Below the pieces are notes generated by a model. It made no database searches. It had not been told where the DNA came from and was given only the letters and a program-made list of their open reading frames with translations. Both the position numbers and the translations under genes were made by a program. This document shows, piece after piece, positions 1 to 11,335 of a stretch of 64,000 nt of DNA. Positions within the stretch are counted from its first letter, which is position 1. Each line of letters opens with the position of its first letter. Origin of the DNA: the human T2T-CHM13v2.0 reference genome, Homo sapiens; assembly GCF_009914755.1 (NCBI RefSeq), contig NC_060930.1; one strand, written 5' to 3'.

Positions 1-468
1 TACAGTAGACATTGAGGAACGAATAAGACCTAGTGTAAATGTATTATCAAGGTACATATATTCTGTATTAAAAACAATTGTTTTTCATACCCCAGCAAAT
101 ATTCCGATGGCTATATCACCAAGTGTTTGGAGTATTTTAACCAGATAAGTACCATCAAAAATTTAACTATGCAAGGGCTGCTTGGATGAATTTGGAAGTA
201 TGTCTAAGAGTTGATCAAAGGAAGCATTCGGTGTCATACATAATGATCAGAGAAAATTGCACACATGAAAAGAAAGATATAAAATGTAATGACACTTCTG
301 GAAATTTACAAAAAATAAAATAAAAGGACCATGAAAAGGCAATGGAAATGTATTTCTAGGACAGTGCCTGAATAATAGTTCTAGATACCAAATTCATTTT
401 CCAGTCCTTAATGGACTTGAGGACTAAGTTAAAATTTAAGCTTTTTCCTTAAAGATATGAAACCCATT

Positions 469-583
469 TGATATAGTTTTACTGTGTCCCCACCCAAACC
501 TCATCTTGAATTGTAGTTCGCATCATCCCCACGTGTGGTAGGAGGGACCCAGTAGGAGGTAATTGAATCATGAAGGCGGTTTC
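469..583 (+). mobile_element. MaLR LTR 5' fragment (THE1/MST type)
   Basis: TGATATAGTTTTACTGTGTCCCCACCCAAACCTCATCTTGAATTGTAG...GGGAGGGACCCAGTAGGAGGTAATTGAATCATG matches the THE1/MST LTR start; truncated after ~115 bp. Confidence 0.85.
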
Positions 584-634
584 AAGACCTCTAACAATGT
601 CTGTTACTAAAAATTAAAAGGCATAATTCTATCT

Positions 635-764
635 ACATTTTCCAGATATAAGTCACTTCTTAGACCTAGAATTCATTGATTTAATGAGACTGGATCCTCT
701 TAAGGAGGACTGCATAACACCACAGCAAGTATTTACTACGTTGCTCAGTAAGTTTTCTCCAGTG
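635..764 (+). mobile_element. ERVL-class internal relic (gag/pro boundary), left part
   Basis: CCAGATATAAGTCACTTCTTAGACCTAGAATTCATTGATTTAATGAG...GGAGGAC resembles HERVL-like internal sequence and continues colinearly at 5369 after the MER51 provirus. Confidence 0.55.
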
Positions 765-1266
765 TGAGGCAGGAGAAGTGGGTCTGGAGGCAGGAAACCT
801 AAGGCTGATTCATGTTGACTTCATAAAACTGAAACAAAATGAAAACCTCACCTTTCCATGCCAAAGTACCAAAAGAATCAGAGGCCACTCCATTTGCAAC
901 CCTCCCCCTTTCTGCATCACAGGTGAAAAATTGAAAGTACCTCTAATTGGTCTCCTCCTGCAACCATTCAGACTGAGCATGGGTGTAGTCTTTATTTGCA
1001 TAGGGGTGTAACTTCGTGACTTCACCTCAGCCTCTGACTGGTCACCTCTCATGACCAATTAGACTGGTTGCAGGCCATTTATTTATTTTCATAGGGTGTA
1101 ACCAAATAACCAGTGCAAAACCTCTACAGGGTATTGATACACCAGAAAATTCTGTAACCAACAGTCTTGAGCCACTTACTCAAGCTCACTCCCATTCTGT
1201 GGCATGTACTTTTATTTCAATAAATCTGTGCTTTTGTTGCTTCATTATTTCATAGCTTTGTATGTG
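765..1266 (+). repeat. 5' LTR of provirus A (MER51-like), 3' end deleted
   Basis: Homologous to 4789-5356; AATAAA at ~1219; at ~1266 jumps to internal sequence found at ~20495 in provirus B, so U5 end, PBS and leader are missing. Confidence 0.85.
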
Positions 1267-1957
1267 TTATATGTTGTATCTGCCAAATTGGCTTATAAGT
1301 AAAAGAGCACTCATAAAATAAGTAAATAAGTCCAAGGATATTTCAACTTGATGTGACTTAAGTAAATCTTTATTAAACAAGCTGGCTTTAAAATTATTGG
1401 TAAAATAAAAATAGAAATATCTTCAGAATTGTCAACATACATTTTTGTCTGTTTTATATTTGTCTTTTCTAAATATTTTAAGGTGTTTAATATCTCAGTT
1501 TTCTGAATTAATCTAGATTAAACAGTTAAAAATGAAAGAATTGAGTACATGTAACTGGGATAAATGTTTTAGGTAAACTTTTTGTGTAATTTAAAATCTT
1601 AATGTTATTTTCAATGTTCATTGGATATCTGATTTATTTCCAATTAAGAAAAGGTTATGATATGGTAAAATATGTTTCTAAAAATTGTGTGATTTTCCTC
1701 ATGCATAAAATGCTCATATCTTATAGTTCAGGATTTCTTGTATTTTAGGGTTTCACTAAAATTTAAGGTTATTAAGGATAATAATTCTATTTAACAGATA
1801 ATTCTGTATACAAAATTGTGCCAAAACATGTGTTATTAGGAAGAAAAGTAATATTTGTGTGTAATTCAGAAGTTATCTAAAAGTTAATTCAAATTATGGA
1901 CTTAAAAAAAGGGTTATTTATGAGACAAGGTAGTAACAAACCAGTAAGTATGGGAGA

Positions 1958-2362
1958 GATGTGTGAAGAAAATTAGTATATGAAGATGTGTTTTGGTAAA
2001 GAAAGTTGTAGAAACAATAATATTGTATGATCAAAGATTTTACATGGTAAATTCTTGTTCTAAAGTAAAATGACTGTGTTTTTAATAAGAGGTATGTTTA
2101 GGACAAGTCAGAAAGCCTAAGCATGTTGCAGATGGGTTGTGTAAGTCATGAAAAGAATTGTGATGTGTGAACAAAATTAGTATATGATGTATTTTTGATA
2201 CGGAAAGTTGTAGGACAATAATATTGTATGATGAAAGATCTTATGTGGTAAATTCTTGTTCTAAAGTAAAATGACTGTTTTTTTTAAGAAGAGGGATGTT
2301 TAGGACAAGTGAGAAAACCTAGCATGTTGCAGATGGGTTGTGTAAGTCAGGAAAAGGAACTG
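1958..2362 (+). repeat. ~204-bp tandem duplication inside provirus A
   Basis: GATGTGTGAA..AAATTAGTATATGA...GCATGTTGCAGATGGGTTGTGTAAGTCA present at ~1958-2161 and ~2162-2362. Confidence 0.9.
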
Positions 2363-2614
2363 TATAAGAAAAGTAGAATGAACTAGAATGAAAGTAGAAT
2401 AAAAGTCATGGGAATGTGGATTTCTTTCCCAAATTTAGAGGATTGAAGGATTGTTTTAAGTGAGACCAGAAAAATCTAAAGGTTTGAACAATTTGTGGAA
2501 GGTTTATGAATAACTAATTGTAAAATAGATTCTGTATGTGAACACATGGACTAAAATTAAAGGAGAAGATTGACAATTAGACTTCACCCATATGCCAGCT
2601 TGCAAAGTATACAA

Positions 2615-3060
2615 GCTTACCTTACCAGAAGAGAGAAGGCTAATGGAGTTATAAAGATTCTCTTAAAGAAAATAATCCCCCAGTTTGGGTTAACCCAGAG
2701 TGTCCAAAGTGATAATGGCCTATCTTTGCTTTACAAAAGTTTGGAACTCAAAGGCTCTCCACAGCAGCAACTAACCTGCAACCCAAAATCAGGCCAGGAG
2801 ATAAGGTGCTTTTTTAAATATGGAAGGAGGGATCACCTGCATAACAATTACAACCAAAAAGAAATGGACAATTTTCAGTGCTACTGGCCACGTCTTCTGC
2901 TGTCAGAGTACTAGGATTAGATAGTTGGATTTATCTTTCCATAGTCAAAACTGCAATACCTGAAGCCCTAGAACTGGAACCTGAAGCTCCCATCCATCAC
3001 CCACTACTCCTGTGAACCTGTGGAATACCTGAAGTACCTGTTAAAAGACAGCCAAAAGAT
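2615..3060 (+). pseudogene. ERV1 pol integrase remnant (frameshifted)
   Basis: ORF 2570-2914 has EKANGVIKILLKKIIPQFGLTQSVQSDNG (IN core SDNG motif); other frames give PGDKV, VLLATSSAVRVLGLDSWI and CEPVEYLKYL, as at HERV-W/ERV9-type pol C-termini. Confidence 0.85.
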
Positions 3061-3879
3061 AAGTAGATACCTGCCAACTTTCCTTGGTATCTTTGTTGCA
3101 TAGTTACTGTAGGCTGGATAATAATAGCCAGATTTATATTTTACAATTTAACTGCTTTCTTCCAAATGGACAAATCACTTCCTTTTTAATAATTAAGAAA
3201 AATGTTCTAATTCATTGTTATAAGAAACATTCCTGACAGCATAGGTATCCACCTCGCTATGTTCCCATTCTATGGAACAAAATAACAAAGGAGTATTTTT
3301 TGTTCCATAATGATCACCCACAGCCTGTGTATACTGGGACCATGCGTACTTGGAATCAGCTTTATTTTACAACAGAGTTTCACTTTATCCTTCTGGCAAT
3401 TAATGGATTCTGGGTATTTATTAAAAACTTTAAATTTAACACAAAGACTGTTAAATACCACCAGTCCAATGAATACAACCAATAACTATGAAAATATCCA
3501 GAGTACATCATTTTAAAAACCTGTACACTTTTCAGGAAAATCAGTACTAGTTAAGGCCACTTTAAATAATATATAGTCTAAGTACCGTCAAGATAAGCCC
3601 ACTAGCTGTGTTCATATTTTCCTTTGGGAAGACTGTATTAATCCTGAGATATCTAGTTGCCTTTTGGTTGCCCATTACAAAAATACCTCTGGGTGGTTGT
3701 CAGTGTACACTAAGCATAACTACCTCCACTGGGAAAATAGAACTGCTGGGGAAGCTCAGGATATTTTCCAAGGTTCTTTCCAGCCTTTAACCAGAGCCAC
3801 CTTAGCAGGGACCTTAACCACCTGGCAACGTGCAAACAACAAGCTAACCCACACGTTCACCATAGAAAACAATTTTTAT

Positions 3880-4683
3880 CTTGAAAAACAAGAAGCCTTT
3901 TTTTTTTTTCTGTGTGGAACCAGTTCCTACGTATGATTATCAGCCAATTGTACTGGAACCTGTACACTTGTTTGTTTAGCCCCCAAAATTAATATAGCCC
4001 TCAACAAACAATCCCTCATTATACCTTTAACTGCAACCAACAGACACAAACAAGCCATCAAACTCATACTCATCAAACAAGCCATCAAACTATACCCCTA
4101 GGGATAGAAATAACAGTAAGAGCAGGAATGGGAGTTAGCAGGTTTGCAACAGTTCTATCCTATTACCGACTTTTCTCCAAGGATTTTATGGAAAGCTTGG
4201 ATAACATTGCCCAAAGTTTCATCACCACACAAAATCAAATAGACTCCTTGGCAGCAGCTACTTTGCAAAATAGAAGGGGACTAGATCTGGCTTATGTCTT
4301 TTTCTAGAGCAAGAATGCTGTTTTGATGTCAACCAATCAGGATTAATAAGAGACGCCACCTGAAAACTAGCTGATCGGGACTCTAAGATATGACAACCAC
4401 CATCTGAGTCATGGGGCTCCTGGTAAAAAATGGTAAGTTTGGGTTCATGGCTCCTTCCTCTGGCCAGCCCACTATTAATATCATACTTGCCTTGGTTTTT
4501 GGACCATGTTTGTTAAATCTCTTAAACAAATTCATTTCTTCTCACCTAGATACCATCAAGCTTCAGATGATCATGCGACAAGGCTTCCAGACAGTTTCAG
4601 GTGAAGACACCACCCCTGGCCATCAAGAAACTACCATGTATCCACTAGACAGAACAAGGCAAAAGTTATTTGATCCCCAATAG
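3880..4683 (+). pseudogene. ERV1 env remnant (end of SU and TM), provirus A
   Basis: FLCGTSSYV*LSANCTGTCTLV, degenerate cleavage site RHKQ/AI, LQNRRGLD (ISD, ~4264), CLFLEQECCF (CX6CC), membrane-proximal FGPCLLNLL; stops and frameshifts. Confidence 0.9.
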
Positions 4684-4778
4684 GTAGAGACTGCACCCCA
4701 AGTCCGCATGAAGCAGTCACAGAAAAAAGACCATCAGTTTCTCTGCCTCCCATGAGATGTATGGGAATCATGTCTCTC

Positions 4779-4788
4779 AGGGGGGAAA
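4779..4788 (+). other. Polypurine tract, provirus A
   Basis: AGGGGGGAAA directly before the TG of the 3' LTR. Confidence 0.85.
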
Positions 4789-5356
4789 TGAGGCAGGACA
4801 ATAGGGTCTGGAGGCAGGGAACCTAAGGCTGATTCTTACTGCCTTCTAGAATTGAATCAAAGGAAAACCCCCACCTTTCCATGCCCAAGTAACAAAATAA
4901 TCAGAGGCTACTGCCTTTGCCATCTTCCCTCTTTCTGCATCACAAATGAAAAATGGAAAGTACCTCTGATTGGTCTCCTCCTGCAACCAATCAGACTGGT
5001 CATAGACCTAGTCTTTATTCGCATAGGGATGTAACTTTGTAACTTTATTTCAGTCTCTCATTGGTCACATTTCGCAACAAATCAGACTGGTTGTGGGCCA
5101 CTCCATTTACATAGGATGTGACCAAGTAAACAATGGGACATATCTAGATGGTATGTAAACCCCAGAAAATTCTGTAACCAGCACTCTTGAGGCACTTGGT
5201 CAAGCCCACTCCCACTCTGTAGAGTGTAATTTTGCTTCCATAATTCTGTGCTTTTATTGCTTCATTCTTTTACTTCGTTTGTGTGTTTTGTCTAATTCTT
5301 TGTTCAAAACACCAAGAACCTGGATGACACATATTCAAGACCCTCCACCAGTTAAA
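4789..5356 (+). repeat. 3' LTR of provirus A (MER51-like)
   Basis: Starts TGAGGCAGGACAATAGGGTCTGGAGGCAGGGAACCTAAGG, ends ACCCTCCACCAGTTAA; several CCAAT/ATTGG boxes. Confidence 0.9.
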
Positions 5357-5368
5357 AAAAAAAAAAAA

Positions 5369-6430
5369 CCTACAGCTATTTTTCATGTAACTAAATACTA
5401 GGAAAAGGAAATAGATCTTCCTAGGGCTATTGGATGCAGAGTTTGTGCTGACAGTAAACTGATACCAGGGAATTCAAAAGCCATAAACCCTCCTCATCCT
5501 TTTACTTTCTGGTTAGATTGATAATTCAAATCCTAGCCCAACTCCATCTCACAATGTTTCCAATAGGTCTGTGGGCCCAGTCTGTTTCTTTGGTCTTTGA
5601 GTGCTTAATCAAGAAGGATATGTTCAAGAGCTCACAGTACCCCGACATCGGTTTCTTAAACTGCGGATTTAAGAGTAACTACAGCAGAAAAATGCTCAAT
5701 ATAAGTCCATGATACCTCTAACTCCGAGTCAAAACAGTGTACCAGAAACAGCATTCAGTATAGTGCAAACTTCATAGGATGTAAATGTGTGTGTTCCCAT
5801 CATATCTGCATTTAATTCAGTACTTTACACCCTGCAAAAACATATAGATCAAAATAGATGACAGTGGTCTATCCTAACCTTAACTGTGTGATAACTTCAA
5901 CTATGGCTGCCCTAATGAATATGGTATATTTACTAAAACAGATCACGCAACTACTCGGCATGTGGTCATTGATGTATTCTTACTAATCTCAATCCAGCAG
6001 GAGAATCAAATTCAGCTTGCATTCGTTTAGAACAGACTGCAGTACACATTAACTTCACCCATTCATGAATTCACACTTCAACAGCTATATTATTTATCCT
6101 ACTCTGTGTTACAATAAAGTGTAAAGGAGGCTAGATCTGGTGCATAATGTAGAGATGATCGTGCTGGTCTTCTATACTGATGATACCTAAATCCATTGTT
6201 AAGTTTTGAGTGGGGCTGAGAGCAAGAGAAGAGCCTGTATCAGTTTCAAACTATGGCACTAAGTGGTGCTGTCACTTGAGCCATCTAATTTTGCAAATGC
6301 CACAAAGCTATATATATCTATGGAAGATAAGGGTGTTATGTAGAATCTCTGTCCATCTCAGTAGAGAATTCTGAGATTATCAGGCAGTGTCATATTGGGT
6401 GCAACACAGAGTTATTAAGCAGTTGAAATA
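5369..6430 (+). mobile_element. ERVL-class (HERVL/HERV16-like) pro-pol relic, right part
   Basis: GGGCTATTGGATGCAG (protease LLD-like), ATGACAGTGGTCTAT (MTVDY-like), CTGGTCTTCTATACTGATGAT = LVFYTDD (RT YxDD, ~6165-6185), TTTGAGTGGGGC = FEWG; heavily decayed. Confidence 0.75.
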
Positions 6431-6431
6431 A

Positions 6432-7010
6432 GGGGCTATGTTTCTACTCTGACATGTTAGTAGTTTGGAAGTCAACACTCCTATCCTTAAAATAACAAAA
6501 AAAAAAACTGAACTGTTCAAGCTGAAAAACAAGTGTTCTTGCATGTATTGAGATTAGAGGGCAAGCAGATGCCCAAAACTGAATATAGAAGCAGACAGAG
6601 AACACAACTTACCTGGAGCAAAAGCCCAGGAGCAGAAGCCATTGCTGGGGCCAACATCAGTAGAAACACTTAAACTATAATTGAAGACTTATAGGAGGCT
6701 CACTGTGGGCCATCTTCAGATAGTCAGACTCTGAGGAGTCCAGCCACAAATGAGTTTTATTTTCGAGAAGTCCACCATGCTCTCATATAAAACTGGAGAA
6801 ATTTTTTTTTCTTGCTTTGGGAGGAGAAAAATAATGCTCTGACATATGCCCAGATAATTCCATTCTCCTTAATAAAGGCTTTCCCTCAAAAGAAACTATT
6901 TTACTAAACTCACCAACCTTGGCTTTTACTCGTATAACCAAAGGTGGGGGGGAAAAAAATACATAACTCCAGCGCCCTCTAGCTTTAGACATGGGGGAAG
7001 AGAATTAATA
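6432..7010 (+). mobile_element. Old L1 5' UTR fragment (L1MD/L1MC type)
   Basis: AAGTCAACACTCCTATCC..., CTTACCTGGAGCA..AGAAGCC, CTCCAGCGCCCTCTAGC resemble L1MDa-type 5' ends. Confidence 0.55.
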
Positions 7011-7026
7011 ATAACAGTTTAACACT

Positions 7027-7850
7027 GGTTCATTCCTCTGTATCACTGAGTAGTGTTTCATTTTATGAATTATAACAGCTTAACAATTTACCAGTTGAAG
7101 GGGATCTGGATTGTCTGCAGTTTCTGGTAATTATGAATAAGATACTATAGATATCTGTGTACCATTTGGAAGATGAATATAAGTTTTTATTTTTTATGGA
7201 GTGATATCTAGATGTAGGATCACTGAATTATGAATTACATTGTAGGCATATATTTAACTTTATAAGAAACTAACAAATTATTTTTTAGCTGATTAAATGA
7301 TGACTATACTATACTATAATGTACTATACTCTACTATGGCCCAGTAAGCAATATAAGAGATTTCTATTTGCTCTGAGTTCTTGACAGAAACAACCAAAAT
7401 TGTGTACATATATGTATAGTAAGTTATATATAATAGTTATATATAGTAATTATATATTTTTATATCATGTATATGTAGTAATAACTTTGTGGTGGTATCT
7501 TATTGTGGTTTAAAATTTGCATTTTTTGTGGTCATTTGACACCCATATGTCTTATTTGGTAGAGTGTTTGTTCTTATTTTTTGCCCATTTTTCAGTTGAT
7601 TATTTGTTTTTATTTTTGAGTTTTGGGAGAGTTTTATATTTTCTTGATATAAACCTCTTTATTAGAAATGTGATTTTCATATATGTTTTCCCCATGTGTA
7701 GCTGATCTTTTTGACTATGAAGTTATTTTGTAGAGGAAAGCTTTAATTTTGATAAAGTCCAATTTATCTTTTCTTTCATTAATTATGCCTTTGCTGTTGT
7801 ATCTTTAAAAATCACTCTCAAGGCCACAGTCACACAGAATTCTTCCTTAC
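7027..7850 (-). mobile_element. Old L1M ORF2 3' fragment
   Basis: Antisense L1 motifs GGTATCTTATTGTGGTTTAAAATTTGCATTT and TTTAATTTTGATAAAGTCCAATTTATC; strongly diverged. Confidence 0.75.
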
Positions 7851-8095
7851 TGGTGTCCAGTTCCATCTAACCCATGTGAGTCCATGTTCGTGTCTTTTAT
7901 TTCCTTCAAGCACTGTCTCTCCTTAGATTTTGAGACAGTTTACTGCTCTGCTAACTAAGCATGCTCTGAAGCATTAACAAAATTCATCACTTTAACCACT
8001 GTTCTATTATTTTTTGATGGGAGGGGAAGACTGCTCACAATACTGATTCCAGCTCTCTAATCACAATGAAAGATAGGAATCTATATACAGATTTT

Positions 8096-8639
8096 TTTTC
8101 TTTTTTTAAAATTTGTTATTTCCATAGGTGTTTGGAGAACAAGTGGTATTTGATTACATGAGTAAGTACTTTAGTGGTGATTTCTAAGATTTTGGTGCAC
8201 CCATCCCCTGAGCAATGTAAACTGAACCCAATTTGTAGTCTTTTATCCCTCACCCCCTACCCACCCTTTGCCCTGAGTCCCCCAAGCCCATTGTTTCATT
8301 CTTATGCCTTTGCGCCCTCATAGCTTAACTCCTACTTATGAGTTAGAACATATGATGTTTGGTTTTCCATTCCTGCGTTATTTCACTTAGAATAATAGTC
8401 TCCAATTCCAACCAGGTTGCTGTAAATGCCGTTAATTCATTCCTTATTATGGTTGCGTAGCATTCCATCGTGTGTGTGCGTGTGTGTGTGTGTGTGTGTG
8501 TATAACAATTCCTGCTTGGGGAGAAGGAAAAAATATATATATAATCACAATTTGTTAATCCACTTGCTGACTGATGCGTAGTTGGGCTGGTTCCATATTT
8601 TTGCAATTGAGCATTGTGCTGCTACAAACAGGCATGTGT
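8096..8639 (-). mobile_element. 5'-truncated L1PB-type element with TSDs
   Basis: L1PB 3' UTR (GGTATTTGATTACATGAGTAAGTACTTTAGTGGTG); ORF 8343-8606 ends MECYATIIRNELTAFTATWLELETIILSE (ORF2 C-terminus); TSD TATATACA(G/C)ATTTT at 8082-8095 and 8667-8680; internal (TG)n at ~8470-8501. Confidence 0.9.
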
Positions 8640-8666
8640 GTGCCCAGCCTCATCTGATCTCAGAAG
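8640..8666 (+). pseudogene. 27-nt 5S rRNA-like fragment (5S nt ~25-51)
   Basis: GTGCCCAGCCTCATCTGATCTCAGAAG vs 5S GCGCCCGATCTCGTCTGATCTCGGAAG: 21/27, all six differences transitions, four at CpGs. Confidence 0.6.
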
Positions 8667-9452
8667 TATATACACATTTTAATTAGTTTATTTATCAAAT
8701 TTGAGACATTGTTATATAGCCTATCAACCATATATGACTGGTTTCAGTGAACTTTACCTATTATATTAGAAAACTCTTTCACCCTTTGTTTTCTTTTAAA
8801 TGTAATGTATTTCATGAGTTTCACTTACATAGCATCTATGGTTTACAAAATAGTAAAGCTATTTTTACAATATTCCCAAATGAGAGGAGCATTCTCATTT
8901 TTTACATGAAGAAATTTGAAGCTCAAAGAAGACATTTTTTGACAAAGTTGATCAAGAATATGCGCATTGAAGTTTGTAAATCTAAATTCTTCTGCTTCCA
9001 AAAATACATGTTTTGTTCTTTACTTATTTTATGCTTTATGTAACTGTACATCGCAAATATAATAAAGATAAACATTGAAAGTATAACAGTATTTTTAAAA
9101 AATTGATTAATATGAAATTAACTATCAGACTTTATATCTGACTTATGAGTTATTTGGGCACATATGATTCTTTATGAGTGGTAAATGCTCTAATCTGGAT
9201 ATTTGAACAACATGTGGTGTGTCATGAATATTGATCTCAAATGTGTTTATTCTATCAATATAAACTATTTTATCAGTAGTAAATGAGGAGTTATATAGAT
9301 AATAAATATTTAGGCAACAATAAAGTAACTTTTTAGACTCTTGCCTTTTTACTTGCAAAAATAAAAATTGAAGTAAGCTCTAATAAAGTTCTTATTGTTG
9401 AATAGATTTATTACTGAAAATAAAAAATATATTTTTCAGGAATTTTATTCTG

Positions 9453-9747
9453 GGCCAGATGCAGTGGAGCACACCTGTAATTCCAACACTTTGAGAGGCT
9501 ATGGCAGGCAGAGGGCTTGAGCTCAGGTGTTCAAGACCAGCCTAGGCAACATGGTGAACCCTCTCTCTACAAAACTTAGCTGAGTGTGGTGGCTTATGCC
9601 TGTAGTACCAGCTACCAGAGGCTGAGGTGGGAGGATTGCTTGAGCCTAGAAGGTTGAGGCCGCAGTGAGCTGAGATAGTGCTGCTGTACTCCAGAGTAGG
9701 TGACAGAATGAGGCCTCGTCATTCTCAAAAAACAAGCAAACAAAAAA
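9453..9747 (+). mobile_element. AluJ
   Basis: Dimeric Alu with J-type GCTTGAGCTCAGG and GGAGGATTGCTTGAGCC; decayed A tail. Confidence 0.9.
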
Positions 9748-11262
9748 TACTTTGAATGCTTTACCAAATTAAAAATGTACATGACTAGTAATCCTTTTTC
9801 ATATATATGTATAATCCACAACATTATGCTCCCTAAATGTGCATAATTTTTATTAAAAATTAAAACTGAGACAAGAAAATATACTACTGTGTTAGATATT
9901 AAGCCAAGATCTTAAAAAAGCACTGAACAGCTCAAATTTCACTGACTAGCATTTTAGATAGTTACTTTAAGTCATAGCAGGATATTTTACATAAAATTAT
10001 TTTATCTTGTCTTAAGAATTAACCAACACCTGAGCATTTTATCCTTACTCTGACTCAATGTGATTTTAATGGACTCAGGTCATAGTTGGAAAATTCCATC
10101 AAAATTAAGATGAATCATTTAGCTTTGTCATTCCTTGTGGATACTTACTCAAGAAGGATATCAAAAGAGGTTACACAGAATATTTCAAACCTAAAATTCT
10201 CAGAAAAACTATAAATATATAGCATATTTTATAAATTCTTACAGTTTATTATATTCTCTATTTTAATACATCATAATCAACAACTAAACACTATGTCCAT
10301 GTTTTAACCAAATGTTTAATTGCTCTTAATGTTAAGAGAATTTTTTTGGACTACCTGGCTTTATCTACTCCTTAATGTATGAAATTTTATGCAACTAAGA
10401 CCTGTGCCTGAAATTTTTTGACCTCTTGAGAGCTCAAGGCAGAAGTTGGGATGGGTTATTATGCATATCTACTGTGTAGCTAAGCCAGGGTGTCTAACAG
10501 GCTACACTATGTGAAAACCATCAGTAAACAAACTGATCCTAGCAGTATCCAGCGGAGTTTTAGACTTTAAAGTGCAGGTTATAAATCCCTGAGCCCTTAT
10601 CTTGGCTGAGAGTCAAAGCCAAAATCCAGGATTACCAGAGATAAGGATAGAGTTTTCCCAGATTAGTTGGAATTCAATTCTATCCTACACAAATAGCAAT
10701 ATGCCCCCTTTCTCTAGGACTTCCATGCAAAACTATTTCAACAGATGTCAACTGAATCTCAAGTCAGTATTAATCCAACATTAAGCATCCAAGAGAGACC
10801 TTGAGAGTCTTAGCCCTGCCTTAAGTCTTATATTAGGAATAAACGGAAGTAATATCAGCAGATCACAGAAATTTGAATCCTCTGAACACTTATTCTGTTT
10901 TGCATTTTCATCAGTTTACTGCCATACCCCACCTCCCCATATACACCTTTTACGTGTAACAAAAATTTCAGAATTTTAAAATTTTCATTAGTTTAGCTAT
11001 TTTTATTAAATTTAGCCAATGTTGATCATTCAGTGGAAAAAAATTAGAATATTTGCTTTCTTTGAAATGTCTCTGAAATTATGTGCATTCATTGAGATAT
11101 TATTTATTTTCTTTTGTAGTAGGTAAAGCAAAAAGGAAGCAGGTGAGAAAATTAACCACAAATAATTTTAAGGAGTTAGTAAGTAAGTAGAATGAGGTAC
11201 TTAGATGAAATAGCAGTGTGTGAGGTAATAGCACATTTGGGAAGTTGAAACGCAAGAATGTA

Positions 11263-11335
11263 CACTTGGCCCTTGAACACACGCAGGTTAGGAGCTCTGA
11301 TTACCAACCTCAGTTGAATGTTTGTGTATAAATTT
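11263..11335. mobile_element. Tigger2a/MER28 DNA transposon, left part
   Basis: TA then TIR-like CACTTGGCCCTTGAACA; interrupted by an L1 at GTGTATAAATTT. Confidence 0.75.

Larger units (their letters stand above)
765..5356 (+). mobile_element. Provirus A: MER51-type ERV1, internally deleted, non-autonomous
   Basis: Two homologous LTRs starting TGAGGCAGGA..GGGTCTGGAGGCAGG, polypurine tract before the 3' LTR, integrase and env remnants; TSD obscured by A-run at 5354-5368. Confidence 0.9.

Noticed and set aside
778-1058. Similar small ORFs in the LTRs (778, 4852, 25048) as a peptide family
   Set aside because: Similarity simply reflects LTR homology; starts, lengths and stops are not conserved.
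3300-4683. Syncytin-like co-opted env
   Set aside because: Multiple stops and frameshifts, lost furin site and a deletion just after LQNRRGLD.
8860-9030. MIR-like fragments (also ~28850-28940 and ~62440-62510)
   Set aside because: Only short core-like motifs are visible; boundaries cannot be supported without a search.
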